DNA of 62,847 nt, counting the filler, from Stramenopiles sp. TOSAG23-6 (lineage: Eukaryota): the NCBI GenBank assembly GCA_900128565.1. It is 38 parts of 38 records of this genome, joined end to end, with 100 filler letters (N's around TTAATTAATTAA, not from the genome) between each part and the next. Parts side by side here need not be neighbours in the genome. Positions count along the whole stretch, not along the records: positions 26,585 to 28,143 come from LT638874.1; positions 28,244 to 29,801 come from LT638875.1; positions 29,902 to 31,459 come from LT638876.1; positions 31,560 to 33,117 come from LT638877.1; positions 33,218 to 34,774 come from LT638878.1; positions 34,875 to 36,430 come from LT638879.1; positions 36,531 to 38,085 come from LT638880.1; positions 38,186 to 39,739 come from LT638881.1; 30 more parts are not named here. One strand, written 5' to 3'. Position 1 is the first letter of the stretch; the number at the start of each line of letters is the position of its first letter. Under the pieces are notes generated by a model that was not told where the DNA came from, ran no database searches, and saw nothing but the letters and a program-made list of their open reading frames with translations. The translations under genes were made by a program, and so were the position numbers. This document shows positions 26,640 to 39,739 of this stretch, piece after piece.

Positions 26640-28064
26640 CCTCCTGGTAAGTACACATCTCGTTTAGTCTCTCCGGGCTCTAAAACTGGGGCAACAAGAA
26701 GATCGCGACCTAGCAGATATTCAAAACTTTCTTCGCGACTTCGTCTATCTTTATCAGTAGCATAGTGTAAAGCAAGTGGACGCGTCACGGGAAGACGATA
26801 TGTTCCAGTTGCACTTTCAAAATACAGAGACGCAAGCATTGGTATTAGTCGATAGCGCCAGCGAATAGCATCTCTCATGGCAGGTAACATCCGAGGGTAC
26901 ATCCACGGAGTATTGGTTGTATCTAGACTATGTATTGTGGAAAAATATTTCAAAAAAAAAAACTAAAATTTGTTAGGTACAGAATTGCGTATGAAAAAAT
27001 TAATTCAAAATTGAAAAAAAATAAAACATACATACCCTTTGCCTACCTCAGTACTGTTAGGATCGTCTCCTCCCTTCCACGAGCAAGAATGGATAGAGAA
27101 CCGAGGCATCAGTACACCAACTTGAGTCCAACGAAGCAACAATTCAGGAGATGGTTGTCCACCCGCGAAACCACCGATATCCATGCCATTACCTACATGT
27201 ATTGTGAAAAACAAATTAAATCGTTAAGTACGGAATTTCGTATGAAAAAAAATAAATTTAGGTAAAAATTCATTGTGAAAACCTACCCAGCCCGAAAGGC
27301 CGAGTGAGAGTGACATGGGAATATTCCATTTCAAAGAATGCCAGGAGGAAACATTATCTCCACTCCATGTATTGTGAAAAATATTTGTTTTTTTTGTTAG
27401 GTACAAAATTTGGTACGAAAAAAAATTCGAAATTCAAAAAAATAAAACAAACATGTTTGTGAACAATAACGATGCGAGCCAAGTGCGCCTGATCTTGAGA
27501 CAACAAATGGTCTCTTTTCTGGTCGAAGCTCTGATATTGCGTCAAATGAAGCTCGTGCCATGAGTAACGGTTGCAATGCACGCCCAACGGTACGTACAGG
27601 TGTTGGCTCAAGATCAGATTTGTCTCCTACATTTAATTCACATGTAGTAAAACCATCATTAAATACCTCATACTCGTTATTATCATTCCAAGCTCCATCT
27701 GCTCCAAGTTCAAGTACTTGTTGTTTTAAGCTGCTCTTCCACCAATTTGCACCTGCAACTGAACTAAAATCGATATAAGAACCTTTCGCAAAAGTACCAG
27801 GGCCTCCTTTCCAGAACATGTCGATTGCGGGTATATATTTTTGGAAAATATTTTCAAAAAAAAATTGTTAGGTACAAAATTTTTCAAAAAAAAAAACATT
27901 GAAATTCGAAATTGAAAACGTACGTAGCGTAAAAAGGTTCTGTTCCATTGCATAGAAAACCACCTGCTTCAGCTAGTGTTTCATATGCGGGATGAGACTC
28001 TTTCAAAAGCCAAGGTTTCAAATTTGGTACAACTTTCATACCCACTTTGTGAAAATCATCAAAC
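26640..28064 (-). CDS. Glycoside hydrolase family 31 (alpha-glucosidase-like); GT-AT introns 27833-27923, 27367-27452, 27197-27286, 26930-27031
   Basis: IDFS, WNDNNE nucleophile motif, RPFVVSRSG...QT|WSGDN, GLSGW|VGNGMDIGGF, ELLLRW, LLVAPV. Confidence 0.92.
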
Positions 28065-28296
28065 ATGTATTTTGGAAAAATTTTGAAAAAAAAATCGTTA
28101 GGTACAAAATTTCGTACGAAAAAAAATCGAATTTGAAAAAAAANNNNNNNNNNNNNNNNNNNNNNNNNNNNNNNNNNNNNNNNNNNNTTAATTAATTAAN
28201 NNNNNNNNNNNNNNNNNNNNNNNNNNNNNNNNNNNNNNNNNNNACAAAATTTCGTACGAAAAATAAATTCGAAATTGAAAAAAAAATAAAACATGC

Positions 28297-29746
28297 ATGC
28301 TACTGTTACAGGTAATTTAAATGGTATTGACCGAGGTATCTCATTGATTGACCTAGTATTCCATATTTTTGCTTCAGCTCTATTTGTATGTTTCACAAAA
28401 TTATCATTATTCATACTTGGATGAAATATTTCAATTTCTTTATTTTTTGCATTTTTTGCATTTTGGTCCAAAGATTCATCTGAATGAACAATACGATAAT
28501 AAGTCCCTTCTCGGTGTAATGGAAGCAATTTCAGATATGTACAATTACCTTTCAATTGAATAAACAAACCTGCCTTTGATAAATCGTTGTTGAGGTCTAT
28601 TTTTTGCTTTTGACGTCTTTGTTTTACTTTTGTATCAAATTCTGTCCTAAACGAAATCATTTCATTTGGAGCTATTGTTACTGGGGTATTATCTTCTTCA
28701 TTTGATCCTGGTAATTTTACAAGAATTGGCCAACCTGTACGATTCGTTAATTCATATTGAGTGTAATTATTTTTTAAGATACCTGTGAATAATCGCCGTC
28801 TATTTTTTGATGACACAGAGAGTGGTTCTAGACTAGCGTTATTAGGGTTATTAGGGTTAGGGTTATGTGTACTATTTATCCATTCTTTACAATGGTGAAT
28901 AGAACGATTGAGAAATTTATGGGTAATTGTAATATTAAGCTTATTTTCGGCTGTAATCATTGCAGATGTTGCGGGTGAAATATTTGAACCAAATCGAGCA
29001 GTTACATTTATTGTGAAGAAATATATATATATTTTTTTGTTAGTGTTGTACAAAAAAATGTGATTTCGAATTTTCGAGATTAGGTACAAAATATACTAGA
29101 AAAAAAAATTTTGATTTTTTTTTTTTAAATTCGATGTAGGGTTAGGGTTAGTTGTACCATAAAATATACTAGAAAAAAAAATTTTGAATTTTTTTTTTTA
29201 AATTCGATGTAGGGTTAGGGTTAGTTGTACCATACATTTGCATTCCAAGGTTCAATAATCGGTTCCCAAACAGGATGTACATAACTTTCAATTTCTACCT
29301 TTACATGAAGATCAAAATTTATTGTTTCATGCTTTTTACATATACTAGCTTTAATTTGCTTTAGCTCTGCATGTAAAAATGGAAGTTCAACTTTATTCAA
29401 TCCTGCTTTAGAAGATCCTTGTAACAAAATACTAATACTTGGCATGATTACATCAACTGAATATTCATTTTTAACTGTTTCATTTCTTTTAGATTTTGTT
29501 TCATTTTCAAATCCTTCTCCAAATTTTTTTTTTTCAATTTTTTTTTTTTTTTTGAAAAATGAAAATACATTATTTAATGCTTTTCTAGTATTGTCAAAAT
29601 CTTCGCGAGAGAATGCTAGAGATACACGATCAAATTGTAGACGAATAATTGTTTTGATTTGAGATTGAATCAAGAACCATGTATATGTAGTATAAAAATT
29701 CAAAGGGCGGCAAATAACTACACCAGTATTACTATAAGAAAGATCC
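28297..29746 (-). CDS. VPS13-family lipid transfer protein fragment; GT-AT intron 29006-29235; GC donor at 28296
   Basis: WEPIIEPW and YELTNRTGWPI motifs typical of VPS13; in-frame join WNAN|VTARF. Confidence 0.7.
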
Positions 29747-29955
29747 ATGTATTTTGGAANAATATTTCAAAATTTTCTAAAAAAAAAATTTTGTTAGGTA
29801 CNNNNNNNNNNNNNNNNNNNNNNNNNNNNNNNNNNNNNNNNNNNNTTAATTAATTAANNNNNNNNNNNNNNNNNNNNNNNNNNNNNNNNNNNNNNNNNNN
29901 NCGTACGAAATTTTGTACCTAACGATTTTTTTTTGAAATATTTTTACAAAATACA

Positions 29956-31406
29956 TTGGACTATTCAATAATTAATTACGATTTAATAGAAGATTTACTA
30001 CATGTATTAGCAAAAGAACGAAATTTAAATGATTCAAATAATTCGCCTTTTCACAACAATACATGTATGTTTTTTTCAAATTTTAAAATTTATTTTTCAT
30101 ACAAAATTTCATACCTAACAAAAAAACTCAAATTTGACATATTGTATAAAACACATCCAAGAGAAAAAATGATAAAAATGTTCAACCAAATGTGTCTACT
30201 GTAATAGATGATGATGCGAATGCAATATTAATATTTATGGCAGGTCTGTCACAAATTCAAAAATTGTACGATCGGCTTTCAGCATCTCGAATATTTGGGA
30301 ATTCTTCAAGGTTTCTTCTTATTGCTTTACATTCTGTGTGTACGTTTTCTATTCTTTTACATTTCATTTTTTTTTTTCATTATTTTACATTTCATTTTTT
30401 TTTTCATTCTTTTATATTTCATTTTTTTTTTCATAATTTTCCTCATTTATTATTTTTAACAAAAAGAATCAATTTTTTAAAACATATTTTTCACAATTCA
30501 GTAGCATCTTCTGAACAAAGTATTATTTTTAATAAACCTCCTAAAGGTATAACAAAAATTGTGATTGCTACAAATATTGCTGAAACTGGTATTACAATTC
30601 CAGATGTAGCGTACGTAATTGATACAGGTATGTTTTTATTTTTTTTCGATTTTGAATTAATTTTTTTTTCGTACGAAATTTTGTACCTAACAATTTTTTT
30701 AGATTTTTTTTGAAATATTTTTCCAAAATACAGGGAGGGTCAAAGAAACAGGTTTTGATCAAGTTAAAAAGATGAAATGTTTAGATGAAAATTTTATATC
30801 AAAATCGTCAGCAAAACAACGGCAAGGGCGTGCTGGTCGTGTGTATGTTTTATATGAATTTCTAATTTAATGTTTTTTTCATACGAAATTTCGTACCTAA
30901 CGATTTTTTTTTGAAATATTTTTTTACAAAATGTTCGTCCAGGAAAATGCTTTCGAATGTATCCTAAAAGTGCTTACAATCGATTTTTTGAATTTCCAAT
31001 TCCTGAAATATTGCGAGTCCCATTAGAAGAAATTTGTCTACAAATATTAGCAAATTCAATGGGATGTACGTTTTCAAAATTGAATTTCGAATTTATATTT
31101 TTTTTCATACGAAATTTTGTACCTAACAAATTTTTTTTACCGAAAAAAAAATAATATTTTCCAAAATACATCACCTATCCGTTTACTAGGTGAAAGTGTT
31201 GACGCTCCCCCTATTCGTTCTATCATGACAGCTATTCAAAGGTTAACAGATATTGGTGCCATTTCGATCTGTGAGGAAGAAATGTTTGAATCAAATTCAC
31301 AATTTGTAGATAAACATTGGGTAAAATTAGATAAATCATTTTGTAAATTATTACCATTAGGCAAACAATTAGCTGTTTTACCCGTCGATCCAAAGATTGG
31401 TAAAAT
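29956..31406 (+). CDS. DEAH-box RNA helicase (DHX29/36/57-like); introns 30065-30156 (AT), 30340-30501 (AG), 30628-30733 (AG), 30843-30934 (GT, slidable), 31066-31171 (AT)
   Basis: [87 protein letters not shown]. Confidence 0.92.
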
Positions 31407-31559
31407 GTATGTTTTATTTTTTTTCAAATTCGAATTTTTTTTTTATAAAAATTTTGTACNNNNNNNNNNNNNNNNNNNNNNNNNNNNNNNNNNNNNNNNN
31501 NNNTTAATTAATTAANNNNNNNNNNNNNNNNNNNNNNNNNNNNNNNNNNNNNNNNNNNN

Positions 31560-33091
31560 ACGTGATGAGGATTCTGATTACAAAGATAATTGTGATATGA
31601 CTGGCGGTATGCTACAAAATAAATTGACATTTCGTGTCGGTGGAATGTCTTGTTCGTCTTGTTCCGCAAAAATAGAACGAACTCTTCTTTCCAAGACAGG
31701 TGTTTTAGATGTTGCGATTAGCGTAACCACTGGAAAAATGCGCGTCACATTAAAAAATGAGTCCATACAGAATATTTCTATAAAAAATGATAGTAGAGAC
31801 GCTCATGACCAAGATAGTAGTTCTATAAAAAATGATATTAGAGGAACTCGTGACATTATTAAAGTTATTGAAGAATTGGGTTTCTCGGCAAAGCCAATAT
31901 TTCTAGGAGAAACTGATACGGAAGAAACTTTCAACAAATCAAGACTTGATGAGGTGAACAAATGGTATAATCTTTTTTGTTGTGCACTTTTATGTAAGTT
32001 TCATAATTAATTTAAAAAAAAATTTCACCCTAACCCTAACCCTAATTTAAAAAAAAAATCAAAAATCATAGAAAATCATAGAAATTCCATACCTCCTAAC
32101 TAACTCTTCTTTTGTGACATATTTTCACTATACATGCTCAATTCCAATGTTTATTATACATACCGTATTAAGAGATTTTTCGTTATTGGATAAGAAGATT
32201 AATATTGGTAGTTTAGGATTATTACGTTTATGTTTCCAAAATTGAATTTCGAATTTTTTTTTTTTTCGTAGATTAGGGTTAGGGCTAACAAAAATATTTG
32301 AATGTAAAATATTTTTTCACAATATATTATTTTTCTTGGCGATCAGTACTTGAATTACTATTATCAATACCTGTGCAATTTGGTATAGGATGGAGATTCT
32401 ATATTTATGCTTGGAGAAGTATAAAGAGTCATAGTTTAGGTATGGATTTTCTAGTAGCCACTGGAACGACAGTATTTTTTCAATGTCCACTGTATGTTTT
32501 TTTTNNNNNNNNNNNNNNNNNNNNNNNNNNNNNNNNNNNNNNNNNNNNNNNNNNNNNNNNNNNNNNNNNNNNNNNNNNNNNNNNNNNNNNNNNNNNNNNN
32601 NNNNNNNNNNNNNNNNNNNNNNNNNNNNNNNNNNNNNNNNNNNNNNNNNNNNNNNNNNNNNNNNNNNNNNNNTATTTTTTTTTTTAAACAAAAAAATTGA
32701 TTTGTTTTTTTATAAAAATTTTGTACCTAACAATTTTTTTTTTTAAATATTTTTCCAAAATACATCAGCAAAGGGAAAAACTTCAGAAACATTATCAAAA
32801 CTATTAGCTATGGCGCCACAAACTGGGATTTTATTACCTGATTATAATGAAAAAACAGGAGATGAAGGACGATGTGAAAAAATAAAAGTTGAATTTGTTC
32901 AACCTGGAGATGTTTTCAAGATTTTTCCTGGAACAAAACTGCCTGCGGATGGAATTGTTATTGCTGGTCAAAGTTGTGTTGATGAATCGATTCTTACTGG
33001 AGAATCCATTCCTGTATTGAAAAAAATGGGCGATTCTGTATTTGGTGCTACTATAAATTTTGAAGGTGTTTTAATTATAAGAGCAACGCAT
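31560..33091 (+). CDS. P1B-type copper-transporting ATPase (ATP7/HMA5-like) fragment; GT-AT intron 31994-32135
   Basis: GMSCSSC HMA motif, PVQFGIGWRFY, MDFLVATGT, AKGKTSE, PADG...DESILTGES, GATIN. Confidence 0.92.
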
Positions 33092-33298
33092 GTAAGTTTA
33101 CATTTCATTTCAATTATNNNNNNNNNNNNNNNNNNNNNNNNNNNNNNNNNNNNNNNNNNNNTTAATTAATTAANNNNNNNNNNNNNNNNNNNNNNNNNNN
33201 NNNNNNNNNNNNNNNNNTTTTTTTAATTTTTATTTTTTTTGTAGTATGTTTTGTACCTAACAAATATTTCAAATTTTGACATATTTTTTACAATACTG

Positions 33299-33664
33299 AC
33301 AAGCTTTGGAAGTCCACGTGTTGTGGACAATACATTGAATACTTCTAGTACAACATTAGATTTACATAAAAAAAATATTGGTAATCCAGAAGCTTTATCA
33401 TCATCTCGTAGAATTTTAGTGGATAAAGCACCAAATTTTGAATCTATAATTAATCCTAATCCTACACCAAAAGAAAAAATATCAATAGATACAGTTAAAA
33501 TATCTGTTTTAAATGAACAAATAAATATTGAACAAAACAATGCAAAAACTTTGGATGATGCTACTAAGGGTTTTAGTAGTGATGAAAAAGGTACAAAACG
33601 ATTATCTCCTAGTGATTATGATATTGAATATGAGAAAAATTCAAAGAGACGTAAAATTTTGTAA
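33299..33664 (+). CDS. Last exon of unknown protein ending in a basic NLS-like KRRKIL
   Basis: Open frame downstream of a family branch/acceptor motif. Confidence 0.45.
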   Translation, partial: TSFGSPRVVDNTLNTSSTTLDLHKKNIGNPEALSSSRRILVDKAPNFESIINPNPTPKEKISIDTVKISVLNEQINIEQNNAKTLDDATKGFSSDEKGTKRLSPSDYDIEYEKNSKRRKIL

Positions 33665-34949
33665 ATTTCATAATTGAATTATTTTTTTATTTGTATATAA
33701 TAAACTGAGAAAAAACATTTTTATTATTAAATATTGAATAATGTATTACATTCCCAGCAAACATTCATAGTCTTTGATCAAGAGGAGTCTTTTTCTGCTG
33801 TGTAGACAAAGATCTAAATACGTTTATGCATTATTTCATTGGAGTAGCACCTTGAAACACTGGGATACCGTCTATAATATTGGTAATATGGATGTACATA
33901 ACAAAAAGGTACAGCCTCAACTAAATCTACACTGACATATCTCCTACATGATGTATAGATGTTGCACATTAGAGAGGCAGATGCAGTTGCAATGCTTGAA
34001 AAGGCTTGCAAGAAGATGATTTTTGACTTGATGTTGATGGTCAAGATGTAATAGTGGCGGATACATTTTTCCATTATGGCTGTAACCAGTATCGTTTTGG
34101 ATTAAGGCGAGAGTTGGTTTTCTCTCCATCTGTGTGGGTTGGTAGGGGGGGAAGTGACTTGGTATGCAATAGTATAAACATTTCATTTGTGCTGATTTTA
34201 TCACCATCATATTGCTTTGTTTTTGAATCAAGATAAAATGCTGCAAATGTAAACATATGTTCAATTGGTAGCAGTTTAACATGCTCATGTAGACATTCTG
34301 CAAATGACACATGCTTTTGGAATGTTTTCGGTGCTGGCATCTCTTAATCTTTTCCAGATGAGATAGTTCAAGTTCTCACACAATTTTTTTTTTCTAGTGT
34401 AGTTTTTGTAGCACTATTTTCGAATATAGAATTGGTGTTGGACACCAAATTCTCTAATTCTTCTTTGGAGATTTCTCCGTTTAGTACTTTTTTTTGAATG
34501 TCTTGATCTTCTCCACCTTTTTTACATCATAAGAATACAATCTTGACTTGACAAAGACTCTGTCAATATTTTTTTTTTGCACAGGGGAATAGACAATCCC
34601 CTCTCCTACAGTGTGATCAACATCACATGTGACAAGATCCCACCACTGTAGTTCCTTCGCCCACACTTTCATTTGTTTTTCCAATGTTATAGCAGATGCG
34701 CTTGTTTATAAAATAAAGATATGTTATGGTTATAGTACTTTTATATTGTGAGTAAAAGATATGATCTCAACATGNNNNNNNNNNNNNNNNNNNNNNNNNN
34801 NNNNNNNNNNNNNNNNNNTTAATTAATTAANNNNNNNNNNNNNNNNNNNNNNNNNNNNNNNNNNNNNNNNNNNNTTTTTTTTTGAAAANTGNTANGTACN
34901 AAANTTACTATGNAAAAAAAANAAAAAAACTGTGTAATAAAAACGTACA

Positions 34950-36320
34950 TAATCTGGGCATTCCAAACGATTTACAGGTCCACGGACTGTTGTATACAAA
35001 AAAATGTACATTTTTTTTTGTTAGGTACAACATTTACTATGAAAAAAAAAAATTAAAAAAATTTAAATATGTTGTCACAAAAATTTAGGTATTTAATTTT
35101 GAAAAAAAAAAATGAAAATCTTTGTTAGGTACAAAAATTCGTACGAAAATTGTTTTTTAAAATGATTATGCAAACATACAAGGTATTGAAAATGATTGTT
35201 TTACTAGTATTTGCATACAATATCTTAATTTTCTTGTAATTTGAGCAGAAAATGACAAACAAGAAGAACAAATCATTGAATTATTGGTATTTATTGTCTG
35301 TGTAGTGTTACACGATTCGCATATACAATGAAAAATATATAAAAAGAGAAAAAATTAGGTACAAATTTTCCATATAAAATTTCAAAAAAAATTTCAAAAA
35401 AAAATTTCAAAAAAAATTTTCAAAAAAAATGTCAATAAAAAAAATTTTCAAAAAAAATTTTCAAAAAAAATGAAGTGTAAAAAAAAAAAAATGAAGTGTA
35501 AAAAAGTACATCTTCCAGCAGGACAATACAGACATCGAGTAGTAAAATGAGTATTATTTTTTTGTGAATTGTCAGATTTCGTGATTTCAGTAGAACACGA
35601 ATTACAAAAATGTCTTGGACAAAACCATTCATCCTCTGGAATTTCTGATTCACGTAATCCAATGCATGTAGTATGAAAAAAAAAAGTCAAATTCAAAATT
35701 ATATTAGGTATGAAATTCATTATGAAGAAAAAAAAAAAAAAAAAAATGGAAATTCATGATGAAAAAAAAAAATAATGGAAATTCATCATTAAAAAAAAAT
35801 AAATAAATAAATAAATAAAATTCATGATGAAAATAAAAATGTACATGCCATATGATACACTGCACCACAACCAATGTATTCACATTCAATTAACTCCCCA
35901 CCATCACCACAAACTCCACAAGATGAAAAATGACCAATAGGTAAAATTATATTAGTATTTCGTGATTTTGATGAATTTCTAATATTTCGTGTTGTTGATG
36001 ATCTTCTTGTATTTCGTGTTTTTGAATCATTACTATTTTTATCAAATATTGAAATTTCAGATTGTTCAGCAAAATTAGGAGTATAATGATTTGTGACGTC
36101 ATTTTTTGCTGCTTTTCGATCAATTGCATTTTGTTTTGTTTGTTGTTCAACAAATTCTTTAAATTCAGGATTTTTTAATTTTTCCTTAAATTCAGAAATT
36201 CCTTTTTTTTTCCATTTTTTCTTTTCCAATTTAGTTAATTTATTCCATTCGATTCCTAAAATTTTTGAAAACTCTGTCACTGGAATTGACGGATTTTTAC
36301 GTCTTAAATCAGCACCTGTA
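34950..36320 (-). CDS. Chromatin protein with HMG box and PHD/C5HCH-like fingers (NSD-like); GT-AT introns 35666-35844 and 35321-35509
   Basis: EFSKILGIEWNKL...KKKW; CGVCGDGGELIECEYIGCGAVYHMAC|IGL...WFCPRHFCNSC...CLYCP. Boundaries approximate. Confidence 0.75.
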
Positions 36321-36745
36321 ATGTCAATTGTTATTTTAAAAAAAATAATTTATTTTTGTTAGGTTTCAAAAAAAATTAAAAAAAATTAAAAAAAAAAAAA
36401 AAAAAATTTTTTTTTTTTTTAAATCAAAAANNNNNNNNNNNNNNNNNNNNNNNNNNNNNNNNNNNNNNNNNNNNTTAATTAATTAANNNNNNNNNNNNNN
36501 NNNNNNNNNNNNNNNNNNNNNNNNNNNNNNTTTCATCCTGATTTTTAGATTTTTTTTTTATAGAAAATTTTGTACCTAAACAAAAGAGTTTTTTTTTTTT
36601 TTCCATCATGAATTTCAATTTTTTTTTTAGATGTTTGTTTGTATCACGAATTTCAAATTTATTTATGTTGCACAATGTCATAAAATCAAATCGTTTTGTA
36701 TGTACCTCATGGATTTCGAATTTCTATATTTGTTTTACTGTACAT

Positions 36746-37501
36746 GAGCTATCCACATCGTTCGGTGGCCAGGGATATGATACTTTAGTCTACAAAAATC
36801 CTGAAAAGCCAAAGTGGCTTTTTAGTACTGAAGTCTCAGATTCTGGTGATATTTTACTTATTACAGCTAATGATAGTTGTGACCCTGTTAACTGTGTCTA
36901 TTTTCAAAAATTAGAGAAAGGAATGAATGGTCTTTCTGGGTACTGTAGTCAAAAGAAAAATAAAGTTATAAAGTTAATTGATAACTTTGATGCTGAGTAT
37001 AATTATATAACAAATGAAGGTAATACTTATTTTTTTCGAACAAATTTGAAATCACCAAATAATAGAATAATATCCATTGAAATAAATTCGGAGTTAAACA
37101 GTTCTATGTCAAAACTTCCTGCAATGAGTGAAGTCCTTCCTGAGCATAAAACCGATGTTTTACAATCGATTCTTGTCGTTTCAGATAAAAAAACGAAAAA
37201 ACCAAATTTAATTGTTCAATATATGAGAGACTGTCAACACATATTGCAAGTGAGATGCCTTTTAGATGATAAAAATCATAGAAAAGGTGACTTACTGAGC
37301 GAAATTTCATTACCTGCACCTGGAAGTGTAGGTGCCCTTCGAGGTAGGCGTCAAGATTCGGAATTCTTTTACAGTTTCACATCTTTTTTATACCCCGGGA
37401 CTATATTTCATGGGGAACTTCACGATGGAGATGTATCCTCTGATGGCGTGTTTGACACAAAAGTTTCTGGGTTTGATACATCTATCTATATAGCTTTTTA
37501 A
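36746..37501 (+). CDS. Prolyl oligopeptidase (S9A) beta-propeller region, stopping before the catalytic domain
   Basis: PEKPKWLF..EVSDSG, LIDNFDAEYNYITNEG..FFRTN..SPN, FFYSFTSFLYPGTIF. Confidence 0.8.
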   Translation, partial: ELSTSFGGQGYDTLVYKNPEKPKWLFSTEVSDSGDILLITANDSCDPVNCVYFQKLEKGMNGLSGYCSQKKNKVIKLIDNFDAEYNYITNEGNTYFFRTNLKSPNNRIISIEINSELNSSMSKLPAMSEVLPEHKTDVLQSILVVSDKKTKKPNLIVQYMRDCQHILQVRCLLDDKNHRKGDLLSEISLPAPGSVGALRGRRQDSEFFYSFTSFLYPGTIFHGELHDGDVSSDGVFDTKVSGFDTSIYIAF

Positions 37502-37884
37502 TCTGAATTGCGTTTACGTTTAATTCCACGTTCAGCCGCACTGGGTTCTATAACTTTCACCTCCAAAACATATCGATGTCCGTACTGAAATTGGTGAAAG
37601 TCGCTACGACCATTATCTCGAACACGAAGTCTCAAATTTTTCCATTTAAATGAAATCCCTTCAATATCTTTCACCTTACTTAGTAGCAATGCTCGAGCAT
37701 TCTTTGCCGATTCACTTTTTGTGCCAAGAAAATTGAAAAAGGTTCTTGTAGAGTACGTCCACCCAAGGAAACGTGATGCTGTACCTCCAGAAGCCACTAC
37801 ATCGTAAAAGGTGAAGTCTTCATCCTCTCCTTCACAAGGGGGAGATAGAATAAAGCAATGTCTCAGTGCACCGTCTGATGCCAT
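37498..37884 (-). CDS. Hypothetical 128-aa ORF convergent with the prolyl oligopeptidase fragment
   Basis: ATG-initiated ORF with normal composition; no recognised motif. Confidence 0.35.
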   Translation of the reverse strand: MASDGALRHCFILSPPCEGEDEDFTFYDVVASGGTASRFLGWTYSTRTFFNFLGTKSESAKNARALLLSKVKDIEGISFKWKNLRLRVRDNGRSDFHQFQYGHRYVLEVKVIEPSAAERGIKRKRNSD

Positions 37885-38252
37885 GAGTTTTTTTTTATTT
37901 GACTCACTGCATCGTCAATCACTTTGCGCGACTTGATAAAATTATCCCAGCGCATAAGCTTGCCAAAGTTCTCTTCTTCGTCAAATTTAATTTTTGACTC
38001 ATTAAAGTCAACATCGAATCCAAAGAAATCTAAAGCTGTGACAACTTCTTCTCCTTCAACATTGACAGGGCAAATTAACGAGCCTNNNNNNNNNNNNNNN
38101 NNNNNNNNNNNNNNNNNNNNNNNNNNNNNTTAATTAATTAANNNNNNNNNNNNNNNNNNNNNNNNNNNNNNNNNNNNNNNNNNNNATTCGTTAGGTACAA
38201 AATTTCGTANTGAAAANTAANTNCGAANTNGAAAAAAAATATAACATACATA

Positions 38253-38949
38253 CATAGCACCATTTGGATTGTGTACAATATGTCAATGATACAAAAATAA
38301 ATGTTCAGTGATACTACAAGATATTGTTGTATTACTGTGCCATGTAGAATATATAATGAAACAAATTTAAATATGTAAAACCCTTCACTTCTGGAATAGT
38401 TATGGCAGCTTCCTCTTGGTGCCACGAATAAACACCAGAATAACAAACGAGAATACTGACATACATTATGCAACAGATACCGAGGATAGCTGAGAATCTC
38501 AACATATTGATACGGCGCAGAAAAAGAAGTGGCAACATTAGGGTCCCACAAGTAGTCATAATTATCTTTCTGTCATTAAGCCAATAGTTTTCGCCAAGGT
38601 GAATGTCTAAGAAAGGTTTTGATACATCTGCCAATACAATGAAACAACCCACACAGGTCAGCATACAATATAGAATTAAGCATACATCAAAATACTTCCG
38701 CACGCGCTGCCCGAAGATAATACCTATCAATTGAGTTATACTAGAAGCACCTTCACGGTGCGCAGATTTTACATAAACGTGCAAAGATAGACCCATAGCT
38801 AACCCATATAACACTGTAAAAATAATTCCTCCAATAATTCCTAAACATTTATAGCTATACGGTAGAGTCAATATACCCGTTCCAACAGAAGCATTCAATA
38901 ACGTACAAATAGAAGTGATAATTGTTCCATTGCCACTCGACCTGACCAT
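38253..38949 (-). CDS. Amino-acid transporter (AAAP/SLC38-like), N-terminal part (second copy 39907-40603)
   Basis: LLNASVGTGILTLPYSY, several TM helices, LMLPLLFLRRINMLRFSA. Confidence 0.85.
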
Positions 38950-39209
38950 ACTAAAACGGGAACAAGAATGAAAAGAGACTTTCAAGACCTACTTTATTTA
39001 TTCTGTTGTGAATCAACTTGTGATAGATAGACATTATAAATAATAGCAAACACAATTGAATTTTTTCATTTTCAGAATATATTTTTTGGATTTCGTGTCG
39101 TGCTGTTTTTTTCAGACTTACCTTCTTGCGCTGCTTTGCGCTCAGCTCTCCTTCTTCAACTCTTTTCGACCTACGTCTAGCAAGTAAACCACTTGCTCTT
39201 AACCCTGTA

Positions 39210-39739
39210 ATGCCCCCAATGGATTCTGTAGATTCTAAAAACGCTACATTGCCATCCATTCCTACAAAAGGAGGTGTCATTAATAGAAATAAAAGTGTAT
39301 CTGGGACTAGTTCGAATCATAAATTTGTACGACCATTACCTCGAACTTCAATACTTGGTCTCGATGCACTTGCTACTTCAAAAAGACAAAGCACTGGTCG
39401 TTCTGAGTCCACTGTTTTTTGGAAGCGTCCCCGATTAAATCTTTCATCAGATGATACTACTGAAACAAATATTCCTGTAGGAGAAGATGGTACGTCTGTG
39501 GTTACTATCAAATCTAGTCGTCCAAAGTCAAAGAGGAAAAACTATCGAAAGGCCATAGAGCAGACGCCGTCGCATCCAGGAGGCGTCGACGAAAAGAAAG
39601 CGAATGAAATTCGGAGTCGTCACAACAATACAAAAAGTGGACTAGAGCATCGAAGAAGAGAATCGCGTAATCTAGATAGGAATAATAGAGACTATGATAG
39701 GCGTAGAGATAGAGACTATGATAGGCGTAGAGATAGAGA
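39210..39739 (+). CDS. DHX38: Pre-mRNA splicing helicase PRP16/DHX38, N-terminal region (second copy 40864-41393)
   Basis: FVRPLPRTSILGLDALA..KR and RKNYRK..EQTPSHPGGV match the DHX38 N-terminus; an RD-rich tract follows. Confidence 0.8.

Noticed and set aside
33780-34700. Fragmented minus-strand ORFs as a transposase for the introns
   Set aside because: No DDE, HUH or RT motif is recognisable. A profile search would be needed, so the call is not supportable by eye.
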